Below are positions 8,130 through 19,547 of a DNA stretch of 64,000 nt, piece after piece. The first letter of the stretch is position 1, and each line of letters begins with the position of its first letter. Source of the DNA: Alphaproteobacteria bacterium (GTDB lineage: Bacteria; Pseudomonadota; Alphaproteobacteria; Bin95). The DNA is taken from positions 2,176,001-2,240,000 of the forward strand of contig CBDBGH010000003.1 in the NCBI GenBank assembly GCA_965205265.1. Direction: 5' to 3'. The position numbers and the translations under genes were made by a program. Below the pieces are notes generated by a model that saw only the letters and a program-made list of their open reading frames with translations, ran no database searches and was not told where the DNA came from.

Positions 8130-9908
8130 ATGACCGGCACCCCCGACCAGGATGCGCTTGCCGAACGCTTCAGGGAAATCACGGAACGCAGCCAGCGCGT
8201 GGCGGCGGAGTTCGCCGCCCGGCACGGCGCGGAAGCGGGCGGAACCGACCCGGACCCGCTCGGCATCGGCAAGGCCTTTCTGGAAATGACCGCGCGGATG
8301 ATGGCCGACCCGGCGCGCATGATGACGGCCCAGGCGGAGCTCGCCCAGCAATACGCCAGGCTCTGGCAGGACACGGCGCGCCGGATGATGGGCGGCGAAC
8401 CCGTGCAGCCGGTTGCCGAGCCCGAGCCGGGAGACCGCCGGTTCAAGGACACGGCCTGGCGGGAGAATTTCGTCTTCGACTTCATCAAGCAGTCCTATCT
8501 GCTTTCGTCGCGCTTCCTGCTCGGCAGCCTGCCGGATGCGGAAGGTGCCGACCGGCACGAGGCCGACAAGGTTGCCTTCTACACGCGCCAGTTCGTCGAT
8601 GCGATGGCGCCGACCAATTTCGCCGCCACCAACCCCAGGGTGCTGCGCGAGACGCTCGACAGCAATGGCGAGAACCTGCTGCGCGGCTTCGAGAACATGC
8701 TGCGCGACCTGGAGGCGGGCAAGGGGCAACTCCGCATCGCGCAGACCGACATGTCGGCCTTCGAGGTTGGGCGCAATGTCGCCGTAACGCCGGGCAAGGT
8801 GGTGCTGCGCAACGACCTCATGGAGCTCATCCAGTACGAGCCCGCGACGGAGACCGTCCACGAGGTGCCGCTGCTGATTGTCCCGCCCTGGATCAACAAA
8901 TTCTACATCCTGGACCTGACGCCGGAAAATTCCTTCGTGCGCTGGGCGGTCGAGCAGGGCCACACCGTGTTCGTCATCTCCTGGGTCAATCCGGATTCGC
9001 GGCTCTCCGACAAGGCGTTCGAGGACTACATGGCCGAGGGCCCGCTGGCCGCGCTCGACGCCATCGAGCGGATCGCCGGGGCGCGGCGCGCGAACGCCAT
9101 CGGCTATTGCCTCGGCGGCACGCTGCTGGCGGTGACGCTCGCCTGGCTGGCCGCGCGCGGCGAGGCGCCCGTCGAGAGCGCCACCTATTTCGCCTCGCTG
9201 GTCGATTTCAGCGAGGTGGGCGAGCTCGGCGTGTTCATCGACGAGGAGCAGGTGGCGGCGCTGGAAGCGCGCATGGACAAGGCCGGCGGCGTCCTCGAAG
9301 GCGCCGACATGGCGACGACCTTCAACATGCTGCGCGCGAACGACCTGATCTGGTCCTTCGTCATAAACAACTACCTGCTCGGCCGCGACCCGGTGCCGTT
9401 CGACCTCCTGTTCTGGAATGCCGATTCGACGCGGATGCCGAAGCGCATGCACAGCTTCTACCTGCGCCGCATGTATATGGACAATGCGCTGGCGGAGCCG
9501 GGCGCGCTGGAGATCGCCGGCGAACGGCTGGACCTCTCGGCGGTGAAGACCCGCACCTATGTCGTCGGCACCCGCGAAGACCACATCGCGCCCTGGCCGG
9601 GCGTCTATCGGGGCGCCAGGCACTATGGCGGGCCGGTGCGCTTCGTGCTGGCGGCGTCGGGCCATATCGCCGGCATCGTCAACCCGCCGGCGGCCGGCAA
9701 ATACAGCCACTGGACCCATCGGCAGATGCTGAAGGACAGCGAGTCCTGGCTGGAGCGCGCGGCGGAGAAGCCGGGCTCCTGGTGGCCGGACTGGGCTGCG
9801 TGGGTGGCGCGTTCCGCCGGCGGCAAGGCGCCCGCGCGCGTCCCCGGCGAAGGCCCGCTGCCGGCGCTCTGCGACGCCCCCGGCACCTATGTTGCGGAGC
9901 GGGCCTGA
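8130..9908 (+). CDS. phaC: Class I polyhydroxyalkanoate synthase
   Basis: PPWINKFYILDL, lipase box GYCLGG, MLRANDLIW, DHIAP, SGHIAG and GSWWPDW motifs. Confidence 0.97.
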   Translation: MTGTPDQDALAERFREITERSQRVAAEFAARHGAEAGGTDPDPLGIGKAFLEMTARMMADPARMMTAQAELAQQYARLWQDTARRMMGGEPVQPVAEPEPGDRRFKDTAWRENFVFDFIKQSYLLSSRFLLGSLPDAEGADRHEADKVAFYTRQFVDAMAPTNFAATNPRVLRETLDSNGENLLRGFENMLRDLEAGKGQLRIAQTDMSAFEVGRNVAVTPGKVVLRNDLMELIQYEPATETVHEVPLLIVPPWINKFYILDLTPENSFVRWAVEQGHTVFVISWVNPDSRLSDKAFEDYMAEGPLAALDAIERIAGARRANAIGYCLGGTLLAVTLAWLAARGEAPVESATYFASLVDFSEVGELGVFIDEEQVAALEARMDKAGGVLEGADMATTFNMLRANDLIWSFVINNYLLGRDPVPFDLLFWNADSTRMPKRMHSFYLRRMYMDNALAEPGALEIAGERLDLSAVKTRTYVVGTREDHIAPWPGVYRGARHYGGPVRFVLAASGHIAGIVNPPAAGKYSHWTHRQMLKDSESWLERAAEKPGSWWPDWAAWVARSAGGKAPARVPGEGPLPALCDAPGTYVAERA

Positions 9909-10007
9909 GCGGGGCAGCTTCTTGCAGGCTGCGCTTGCCCGGCCGCCTCCCGCCGATATACTGGCGTTGTCGGCCATGAGCGGCGGGTTCGATGGAGCCA
10001 TGGGTAA

Positions 10008-10334
10008 ATGACGCCTGAGATGATCGCGATTCTGGCGGTTGGCGCGAGTCTGGCCGTGCTGATCTGGCAGGGGCAGCGCGCAGCGAAGGAAGACCGCGCG
10101 AGGCTGGAGACGAGTCTGCGGGGCGAGTTGCAAGCCGGGTTGCGCGAGGCAAAGGAAGACCGTGCGCGGCTGGAGACGAGTCTGCGAGGCGAGTTGCAGG
10201 CCGGGTTGCGCGAGGCGAAGGAAGACCGCGCCCGCCTCGAAATCCGATTGCAGGCGGTGGAGCACGGTATGGCCAAGCTCGAGGGCCTTCTGGAAGGATT
10301 GCGCGAAGCCATTGCGGGCCGCCGCGCCGCCTGA
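10008..10334 (+). CDS. Small N-terminally anchored coiled-coil protein with 22-aa tandem repeats (paralog 1)
   Basis: Hydrophobic N-terminus; the 66-bp repeat units differ only synonymously; paralog at 41975. Confidence 0.8.
   Translation: MTPEMIAILAVGASLAVLIWQGQRAAKEDRARLETSLRGELQAGLREAKEDRARLETSLRGELQAGLREAKEDRARLEIRLQAVEHGMAKLEGLLEGLREAIAGRRAA
10083..10241 (+). repeat. 66-bp coding tandem repeat, about 2.4 copies (AKEDRARLETSLRGELQAGLRE)
   Basis: Units start at 10083, 10149 and 10215. Confidence 0.95.
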
Positions 10335-10480
10335 TGCAGGTTGAGCGCGCGGGCCGGTCCTGCGACGCAATTGTTCCCTCTAGAGAGTCGCGCAGGGAAT
10401 TTTTTTCTGTTATTGAGGCGCCGTTGCGCCTCCGCGCAGACGTGCGGGGGCACTTTAACTGGCACCAGGGAGGCATACAC

Positions 10481-11530
10481 TTGTTCAAGAAACTCCTCAC
10501 AGTAGCCGCGGCCGGACTTGTCGGCGCTGCGGCATTCGGCGTGGCGGGCGACGCCGAAGCGCAGAAAGTGCGCTGGAAAATGCAGAGCGCCTTCGCATCC
10601 AAGCTCTCGATCATCGGCGAGGTCGCGGCGCGTTACGAGGACATCGTCAAGGACATGTCCGCGGGCGATCTGAACATCAAGTTCTATGAGCCGGGCGCGC
10701 TTGTGCCGACGCTCCAGGGCTTCGACGCTGTCGAGGCGGGTTCCGTCGACGCCATGTGGGGCACCGCCGGCTACCACACCGGCAAATATCCCGCGCTCTC
10801 GTTCTTCACCGCAGTGCCGTTCGGGCCGCGCGCCGGCGAATTGCTGGCCTGGATGGGTTATGGCGGCGGCGACGAGCTCTACAACGAGCTGTATGCCAAG
10901 CACGACCTGATCGGCCTGCATTGCGCGGCAATCGCTCCGGAGACCTCCGGCTGGTTCCGCTCGAAGCTGAATTCGATCGACGACCTGAAGGGCAAGAAGA
11001 TGCGCTTCTTCGGTCTCGGCGCGAAGGTGATGACCAAGCTCGGCGTCTCCACCCAGTTGCTGGCGGGCGCGGACATCTATCCGGCACTTGAGCGCGGCGT
11101 CATCGACGCAACCGAGTTCTCCATGCCGTCCATCGACCTCGACCTCGGCTTCTACCAGATCGCCAAGTTCAACTACTTCCCGGGCTGGCACCAGCAGTCG
11201 TCGATCGGCGAACTGTTGATGAGGAAGTCGGCCTTCGAGGGACTGTCCGGCCAGCACCAGGCGATCATTCGCCATGCGTGCGATGCGTCGATCACCTGGT
11301 CGTTCGTCCGGTCGGAGGCCAAGCAGTTCGAGGCTATGCTGGCGCTGAAAGAGAAGGGCGTCGAGAGCGTGCGCTGGAGCGATGACGACCTCGCCAAGCT
11401 CGCCAAGGCCTGGGACGAGGTGGTCGCCGAGGAAAACGCGGCCGATCCGCTCTTCGCCAAGTTCCATGCTTCCTACCAGGCCTTCCGCGACAAATACGCG
11501 ATCTGGAAGGAACACGGCTATCTCGACTGA
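10481..11530 (+). CDS. dctP: TRAP transporter substrate-binding protein (TakP-like DctP)
   Basis: TTG start after GGAGG; signal peptide; RWKMQS, VPFGP, GWF, DIYPALERGVIDATEF and YFPGWHQ motifs. Confidence 0.93.
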   Translation: MFKKLLTVAAAGLVGAAAFGVAGDAEAQKVRWKMQSAFASKLSIIGEVAARYEDIVKDMSAGDLNIKFYEPGALVPTLQGFDAVEAGSVDAMWGTAGYHTGKYPALSFFTAVPFGPRAGELLAWMGYGGGDELYNELYAKHDLIGLHCAAIAPETSGWFRSKLNSIDDLKGKKMRFFGLGAKVMTKLGVSTQLLAGADIYPALERGVIDATEFSMPSIDLDLGFYQIAKFNYFPGWHQQSSIGELLMRKSAFEGLSGQHQAIIRHACDASITWSFVRSEAKQFEAMLALKEKGVESVRWSDDDLAKLAKAWDEVVAEENAADPLFAKFHASYQAFRDKYAIWKEHGYLD

Positions 11531-11573
11531 CCGTCGGGCCAACTAGCTAACCGGCCCTGCGAGGGGCCGACTT

Positions 11574-11610
11574 GCCGCCGGGGCGGAGCCAAGTCCGCCC
11601 CGGCGGTTTC
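11574..11610 (+). terminator. GC-rich stem-loop after dctP (partial terminator or mRNA stabiliser)
   Basis: CCGCCGGGGCGGA-gccaag-TCCGCCCCGGCGG followed by TTTC. Confidence 0.55.
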
Positions 11611-11697
11611 TCTTGCCTGCCGGCCCCGGTTCCGGCAGGCTGCCCGGCAGCCGATTTCGGCATTCGGGGATTTCCAGGGAGGTTGCGAGCGAATCCA

Positions 11698-12330
11698 ATG
11701 GAAAAGCTCGTGCAGATCAGCGACCGGCTGAACAAGATCGTGTCCTTTGTCGGCAAGCTGGGCTCAATCGCCATCATCCCGTTGATCGTCGTGACGATGT
11801 GGGATGTCGTGACACGCAAGTTCACCACGTTCCAGATATGGATCATCGAAACGCTGGGCGACCAGCTGGAATCGACCGTGCTTCAGGAATGGGAGTGGCA
11901 CTTCCATACTGCGCTGTTCGCTTCCGCGCTTGGATACGGCTATGTGGCGAACAGCCATGTCCGGGTGGACGTGATTCGCGAGCGCCTGCCGATCCGCAAG
12001 CAGGCCTGGATCGAGTGGATCGGCGTCACCATCGCGATGATCCCCTATTGCTGCGTGCTGATCTGGTTTTCCTGGGATTTCGCCTACAAATCCTATATCC
12101 AGAACGAGATTTCCTATTCCCTGGTCGGCCTCAGCAACCGCTGGATCATCAAGGGCATCCTGTTCCTCGGCTTCGTCTTCGCCCTGCTCGCAGGCATCAG
12201 CGTGTGGCTCCGCAAGACCGCCTACCTGTTCGGTCCGCCCGGTCTGAACGTGCCCCTGCTCACCGTGCAGGAACCGATGACCGAACGGGTCGTGATCGCT
12301 TCGGGCGGCGCGCAGGCGGAGGACCGCTGA
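11698..12330 (+). CDS. dctQ: TRAP transporter small permease
   Basis: QEWEWH and HVRVDV motifs, 4 TM segments, lies between dctP and dctM. Confidence 0.92.
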   Translation: MEKLVQISDRLNKIVSFVGKLGSIAIIPLIVVTMWDVVTRKFTTFQIWIIETLGDQLESTVLQEWEWHFHTALFASALGYGYVANSHVRVDVIRERLPIRKQAWIEWIGVTIAMIPYCCVLIWFSWDFAYKSYIQNEISYSLVGLSNRWIIKGILFLGFVFALLAGISVWLRKTAYLFGPPGLNVPLLTVQEPMTERVVIASGGAQAEDR

Positions 12331-12333
12331 ACC

Positions 12334-13716
12334 ATGTGGCAGGAAATCTACTGGCACCTCCAGGAATACATCGCGATCTACATGTTCATCGGGCTGGGCT
12401 GCCTGTTGTTCACGGGCTTCCCGGTCGCCTTCGCGCTCGGCGGCGCGTCGCTGGCATTCGGCCTGATCGGCACCGCTCTCGACGTCTTCGCGCCCATCGA
12501 GTTCTTCAACATCCTGCCGCGCGTCTGGGGCGGAGCGGCGGAGAACCTCGTGCTGGTCGCGGTGCCGCTCTTCGTCTTCATGGGCACCATGCTGGAGCGC
12601 TCCGGCGTCGCCCACGACCTGCTGCACTGCCTCCAGGTGCTACTGCGGCGGGTCCCGGGCGGGCTGGCGCTCGGCGTCACCGTCATGGGCACCATCATGG
12701 CGGCCAGCACCGGCATCATCGGCGCCTCGGTGGTGATGATCACGCTGATGGCGTTGCCGATCATGCTGGAGCGCAGATACAACCAGGAGCTCGCGACCGG
12801 CACCATCGCCGCCGCCAGCACGCTCGGCATCCTGATCCCGCCGAGCATCATGCTGGTCATCATGGCGGACCTGCTGTCGATCTCGGTCGGCAACCTGTTC
12901 GTTGCGGCGGTGTTCCCCGGCCTGCTGCTCTCCGGGCTCTACTTCGTTTACATCATGCTGCTAACGCTGATCTGGCCGCAATTGGGACCGCCGCTGCCGG
13001 ACGAGCGCGGCCCCGGCAGCATGGCCGAACTGGGGACCATGGTGCTGCGCGGCTTCATCCCGCCGGTCTTCCTGATCGTGCTGGTGCTGGGGTCGATCAT
13101 CGCCGGTTGGGCCACGCCCTCCGAGGCGGCGGCGGTGGGCGCGTTCGGGGCGACGCTGCTGGCGTTCATCAACCGCAACCTCACCATCGAGGCGCTGGGC
13201 GACGTGCTGAACCGCACATCGCTCACCGTTGCGATGATCTTCTTCGTCTTCATCGGCGCAACGGCCTTCTCCTACGTCTTCCGCTCGCTCGGCGGCGACG
13301 ATGTGGTGGAAGAGCTGATCTTCTCGCTCGGGCTCGGCAATTGGGGCCTGCTGATCGTGCTGATGGCGACGGTCTTCTTCCTGGGTTTCTTCTTCGACTT
13401 CCTGGAGATCACGCTGATCGTGCTGCCGGTCTTCACGCCCATCGTGCAGGAGCTCGATTTCGGGGACCATGTGATCGATGCGGAAAAGATCTACTGGTTT
13501 GCGCTGCTGGTGGCGGTCAATCTCCAGACCTCCTTCCTGACGCCGCCTTTCGGCTTCGCGCTCTTCTACATGAAGGGCGTAGCCCCGCCGGAGGTGCAGC
13601 TTGTGTCGATCTATCGCGGCATCATCCCGTTCGTGTGCCTGCAGCTCATCGGCCTCGGCTTCGTGCTCGCCTGGCCCGATATCGCGCTCTGGCTGCCGAG
13701 AGTGCTGCTCGACTGA
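12334..13716 (+). CDS. dctM: TRAP transporter large permease
   Basis: GFPVAF, AVPLFVFMG, TLGILIPPSI and NLQTSFLTPPFG motifs. Confidence 0.95.
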   Translation: MWQEIYWHLQEYIAIYMFIGLGCLLFTGFPVAFALGGASLAFGLIGTALDVFAPIEFFNILPRVWGGAAENLVLVAVPLFVFMGTMLERSGVAHDLLHCLQVLLRRVPGGLALGVTVMGTIMAASTGIIGASVVMITLMALPIMLERRYNQELATGTIAAASTLGILIPPSIMLVIMADLLSISVGNLFVAAVFPGLLLSGLYFVYIMLLTLIWPQLGPPLPDERGPGSMAELGTMVLRGFIPPVFLIVLVLGSIIAGWATPSEAAAVGAFGATLLAFINRNLTIEALGDVLNRTSLTVAMIFFVFIGATAFSYVFRSLGGDDVVEELIFSLGLGNWGLLIVLMATVFFLGFFFDFLEITLIVLPVFTPIVQELDFGDHVIDAEKIYWFALLVAVNLQTSFLTPPFGFALFYMKGVAPPEVQLVSIYRGIIPFVCLQLIGLGFVLAWPDIALWLPRVLLD

Positions 13717-13722
13717 CGCGGA

Positions 13723-13756
13723 ACCCGTCTCCGCTGCGGAAGCGGTGGAGACGGGT
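13723..13756. terminator. Hairpin between convergent dctM and otnI
   Basis: ACCCGTCTCCGCTGC-ggaa-GCGGTGGAGACGGGT. Confidence 0.65.
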
Positions 13757-14535
13757 CAGCCGATCCCGTAAGCCTTCGCCCAGCCGAGTCCTTCCACGGT
13801 GCCGGCGCGCGGGCGGTATTCGCAGCCGATCCAGCCTTCGTAGCCCAGTTCGTCGATCAGCCGGAACAGGTAGGGGTAGTGCATCTCACCGACGGAGGGC
13901 TCGTGGCGCTCCGGCACGCTGGCGATCTGCATGTGGCCTACCCCGCCGCCCGGCAGGAATTCGCGAAGCCGCATGGCGACATCGCCCTCGACGATCTGGC
14001 AGTGGTAGAGGTCCATCTGCACCTTGACGGTCTCCGCCCCGACCGCGGCGCGGATGCGGTGGGCATGGTCCTGGCGGTTGAGGAAGAAGCCCGGAATGTC
14101 CCGCCGGTTGATCGGTTCGATGGAGACATGGCGCGCGCCGAGCCGGGCGGCGGCGCGCTTCAGGTTCGCCACATAGACCGCCTCGGCCTCCGCTTCCGCC
14201 TCTTCGCCCGGAATGCCGGCCATGACATGCAGGCGGGGACTCTCCAGCACATCCGCCCATGCCGCCGCCATCTCCAGCGCGTCGGCGAACGCCGCCTCGC
14301 GCCCCGGCACCGCCGCCAGCCCGCGCTCGCCCGCCTCCCAGTCGCCCGCCGGCATGTTGAACAGCACGATCTCGACGCCGGCATCCGCCTTCGCCCTCGC
14401 CACCTCCTCCGGCGAAAAATCGTAGGGAAACAGGAACTCGACCGCCCGGAAGCCCGCCCTGGCGGCGGCGTCGAAGCGGTCCAGGAACTCGTGCTCGTTG
14501 AACATCATCGAGAGATTGGCGGCGAAACGCGGCAT
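13756..14535 (-). CDS. otnI: Hydroxypyruvate isomerase family protein (2-oxo-tetronate isomerase-like)
   Basis: [37 protein letters not shown] and WIGCEY motifs; hyi versus otnI cannot be resolved by eye. Confidence 0.85.
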   Translation of the reverse strand: MPRFAANLSMMFNEHEFLDRFDAAARAGFRAVEFLFPYDFSPEEVARAKADAGVEIVLFNMPAGDWEAGERGLAAVPGREAAFADALEMAAAWADVLESPRLHVMAGIPGEEAEAEAEAVYVANLKRAAARLGARHVSIEPINRRDIPGFFLNRQDHAHRIRAAVGAETVKVQMDLYHCQIVEGDVAMRLREFLPGGGVGHMQIASVPERHEPSVGEMHYPYLFRLIDELGYEGWIGCEYRPRAGTVEGLGWAKAYGIG

Positions 14536-14591
14536 GGGCTGCGGCCTTTCCTGAGGTTGCGGAACGCGGGCAGGCTTCCATAGCATAGGTC

Positions 14592-16060
<1,469 letters not shown>

Positions 16061-16064
<4 letters not shown>

Positions 16065-17287
16065 CCGGCGATGAAATCCTGATCGCCGGCGGCGGCATCG
16101 GAGGGCTGACGGCGGCGCTCTGCCTGGCCGCGAAGGGCTTGCCTGTGCGCGTGTTCGAGGCGGCGCCGGCATTCGGCGAGATCGGCGCGGGCATCCAGCT
16201 CAGCCCCAATTGCAACCGGGTGCTGCACCGGCTCGGCCTGGCGGAGGCGCTGGAGGCGGTCGCCTTCCTGCCCGCGAGCGGCCAGATGCGCGACTGGTCG
16301 AGCGGCGAGACCATTTTCGAGGCGGAACTGGGCGACGGGGTGCGGCGGCGCTACGGCTATCCCTACTACCATATCCACCGCGCGGACCTGATCGGCGCTC
16401 TGGCCGAGGCCGCTCGGGCAGAGCCGCGAATCGCGCTGCACACCGCGGCGGAAGTCCGCGGCATCGAACAGGCCGCCGGCGGGGTCTCGCTTTCGGCGGG
16501 CGGCAGGCGTTACCGGGGCCGGGCGCTGATCGGCGCGGACGGCATCCATTCGGCGGTCCGCGCCTTCCTGTTCGGCCCGGAGGCCCCGGCCTTCACCGGC
16601 ACGGTCGCCTGGCGCGGCCTGGTGCCCGCAGACCGGCTGCCGGAGGGCTTCGTGCGCCCGGTGTCCTCCAACTGGCTCGGGCCCGGCGGGCATGTCGTCC
16701 ACTACTATGTCCGCAGCGGCCGGCTGGTGAACTGCGTCTGCGTGGTCGAGAAGGAAGGCTGGGAGCGCGAATCCTGGACCGAGCGCGGCGATATCGGGGA
16801 ACTGAAGCAGGACTTCGCCGGCTGGCATGACGGCGTGCGCCGCCTGATCGGGGCGATGGACCCGGAGGCCTGCTACAAGTGGGCGCTGTTCGACCGGCCG
16901 CCCATGGCTGAATGGGGCAAGGGCCGGGTGACGCTGCTGGGCGACGCCTGCCATGCGACGCTGCCCTTCATGGCCCAGGGCGCCGCCATGGCGATCGAGG
17001 ACGGCGCCGTGCTGGCGGAATGCCTGGCGGCGGGCGGCGATGTGCCGGCAAGCCTGAAACGCTATGAGGACCTGCGCCGCGCCCGGACGGCCCGCATCCA
17101 GACCGGCTCGCGCCGCAATGCGGAACTCTTCCACATGCGCGGCGCGGCGGCGGCCCGGCGCAACCGGACGCTCGGCGCATCGCGCAGCCGCACGCTCGAC
17201 TGGCTCTACCGCTACGACGCCTTCGACCTCGAAGCGGCGGAAGCGGCGGAAGCGGCGGCGGAAGCGGAGACGCCGGACCTCTGCTGA
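16061..17287 (+). CDS. FAD-dependent monooxygenase (salicylate hydroxylase / 3-hydroxybenzoate 6-monooxygenase family) with anomalous start
   Basis: Rossmann motif [10 protein letters not shown] lies in frame upstream of the ORF-track start; GADGIHS and [17 protein letters not shown] motifs. Confidence 0.88.
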
Positions 17288-17394
17288 CGGCGCGGCGCAG
17301 GATTCCGGGTTGGAAATCGCGCCGGGGCGGCCGATGTTATCCTCGAGCCATCCCCTCCCGGCGGGACACCGGCCGCCGCAACAGGAGAGACGCC

Positions 17395-18078
17395 ATGAAC
17401 AAGCTCGAAGGCCTGCACCACCTCGCCATTACCACTGCCGACATCAAGACCCAGATCGAGTTCTTCACCGACAAGCTCGGCATGGAGCTGGTCGCGCTCT
17501 ACTGGATGCACGGGGTCGAGAACACCTTCCACGGCTTCCTGCGCCTGAATGACGAAAGCTGCATTGCGCTGGTGCAGAACGAGGCCATCGGGGACATCCC
17601 GGCCGAGATCGGGCGCACCCATGCCGGCAATCCGGGCGCCAACAGCGCCGCCGGGACCATGCAGCATGTGGCCTTCCGCGTGCGCGGCGAGGCGGAGCTG
17701 ATGGCGATGAAGGACCGGCTGCGCGCCAAGGGCGTGCCGGTGATCGGGCCCAGGGACCACGGCTTCTGCAAGTCGATCTATTTCGCCGGGCCGGAGAACC
17801 TCGCGCTGGAGCTCTCCTGTTCCGAGGGGCCGATAGACGCCGAGGCGTGGATCGACCCGGAAGTGGTCGCGCTCGCCGGCATCGGCGCGGACGAGCTTGC
17901 GCGCTACAAGCGGTCCTCGGACTTCGCGGACAGCGGCGGCGCGATGCCGTAGCCCGGCCCCGACGCGCCCGGCCCGCACATGACCAACTATCCGCCGGGC
18001 CGCTACGAGACGATCCTCGCCATGACCGACGCGGAGATGCTGGCGACCAGCGAGACCGAACCGCCGGTTAGGGTCTGA
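17395..18078 (+). pseudogene. VOC/glyoxalase-family protein with in-frame TAG at 17950-17952
   Basis: GLHHLA, MQHVAF and SIYFAGPENLALE motifs; the frame continues 41 codons past the TAG to TGA at 18076-18078. Confidence 0.7.
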
Positions 18079-18109
18079 CGCTGGCCCGAACGCATAGAGG
18101 GAGGCAGAG

Positions 18110-18685
18110 ATGGTTGCGCCCAGCAAGTTCGCCCACATCGTTTACAACACCCACCGCCACGCGGAGATGATCGATTGGTATGCTCGCGTCTTCGAGGCGC
18201 GCATCCAGCACCGGGACGAGAGGCTGGCCTTCCTCACCTATGACGACGAGCACCACCGCTTCGCCTTCATCAATCTCGGGCCCGCGCCGGAGGGCGCGGC
18301 GGAACGCCGGCCGGACGAGGCGGGCGTCCACCATGTCGCCTACACCTGGCGGGACCTCGGCGAACTGCTCGACACCTACAGGCGGCTGAAGGGCATGGGC
18401 ATTCTGCCTTACCGGCCCATCCGCCACGGGCTCACGCTCTCGATGTATTACCGCGACCCGGACGGCAACGGGCTCGAATTCCAGATCGACGTGATGGACC
18501 TGGCCGCCGCCGGGGCGTTCATGCGCAGCGAAACCTTCGCGCGCGACCCCGTCGGCCAGCTCTTCGACCCGGACGAACTGCTGGCCCGCTACGAGTCGGG
18601 CGACCCCGTGGACGACCTCATCTTCCGCACCGACCAGCCCGAACACACCGGCCAAGCCTTCCGCCGCGAGGGGCAGGCGGCGTAG
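18110..18685 (+). CDS. VOC family protein (extradiol dioxygenase / glyoxalase-like)
   Basis: KFAHIV, FLTYDDEHHR, GVHHVAY and SMYYRDPDGNGLEFQ motifs; GGAGG ribosome-binding site. Confidence 0.9.
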   Translation: MVAPSKFAHIVYNTHRHAEMIDWYARVFEARIQHRDERLAFLTYDDEHHRFAFINLGPAPEGAAERRPDEAGVHHVAYTWRDLGELLDTYRRLKGMGILPYRPIRHGLTLSMYYRDPDGNGLEFQIDVMDLAAAGAFMRSETFARDPVGQLFDPDELLARYESGDPVDDLIFRTDQPEHTGQAFRREGQAA

Positions 18686-18746
18686 GGCCGAACCCGGTCC
18701 GTGCGGACCGGCTGCTTTCGCCGGGCCGCACCGCTCCGGGACGGGT

Positions 18747-19547
18747 TCAGTGGTGATACCGGTCCGCGAATTCCAGAAGCGCTTTTTCCGTTCGCCCGAA
18801 GACCGCATGGCTCTTGACGACCGCCTTGCGGGGGATCGCCATACAATGCCATCTGAGGCGATACCACCGGCGCGCCAGCCCCTCGGGCTGCATCGCTTTC
18901 TTCATCGCCTCGATATCGGAACCGGCTTCCTCCGCCCGCTGGCGCACCAGGCCCGGCAGAACCTGCACGGGGCGAAGCCTGCGCGCGAGCCGGGACACGC
19001 GGAGGTCGAATAGCACATGGTCTATGGGCATCGCCGCATTGCGGCACAGGTCCAGGATGTCGCGGGCGGCGGCCCGGTTGACCATGTAGCCCGCGCTGCC
19101 CGCCGTCCAGAGCGCGATGGGCCGCAATTGCCGCCCCCGGCGGCGCGGGGCGCATTCCCGGCCGAAAAACAGCTCCCTCCGCCCGAAGGCCTCGAACTTC
19201 ACCAGCCCGAACGGCTCCGGCCACCAGTCCAGCGACCGGAGGAAATGGGGGAGGTCGCCTGCGGGCTCCGCATCGTCCTCCAGGATCAGGGCCGCCGGGC
19301 TGGAGGTGCCGAGGAAGGTTTCCAGCGCGCGGCAGTGGCTGAGCACATTCGCTTCCGAGCCCCGCCCCATCTTGCCGAGCTGGAAGTCGAGGTTCACCCG
19401 CTCGCGCAACTCCCCGTCCGTCACCGTTGCGGCGTCCACCGCCGGCGCCCGCTCGACCTCGAAGCCCAGCCTGCCGAAATCGCCGGCGACGATCCGGAGC
19501 CGGTCCGGGCGGCGGTCGAGGTTGATGACATAGATCGGCAGGGCCAT
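18747..19547 (-). CDS. Glycosyltransferase family 25 (LPS/LOS biosynthesis)
   Basis: YVINLDRRPDR, AVD, LSH, LILEDDA, GSAGY and PID motifs. Confidence 0.92.
   Translation of the reverse strand: MALPIYVINLDRRPDRLRIVAGDFGRLGFEVERAPAVDAATVTDGELRERVNLDFQLGKMGRGSEANVLSHCRALETFLGTSSPAALILEDDAEPAGDLPHFLRSLDWWPEPFGLVKFEAFGRRELFFGRECAPRRRGRQLRPIALWTAGSAGYMVNRAAARDILDLCRNAAMPIDHVLFDLRVSRLARRLRPVQVLPGLVRQRAEEAGSDIEAMKKAMQPEGLARRWYRLRWHCMAIPRKAVVKSHAVFGRTEKALLEFADRYHH

Noticed and set aside
6674-9979. Very long alternative-frame ORFs (1101 aa here; also 11613-14027, 56818-59205, 61392-63875)
   Set aside because: Shadow ORFs expected at high GC; they overlap well-supported genes, are Arg/Gly/Ala-rich and have no motifs
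17950-17952. Pyrrolysine or recoded TAG
   Set aside because: No pyl genes in view and many genes in the window terminate properly at TAG
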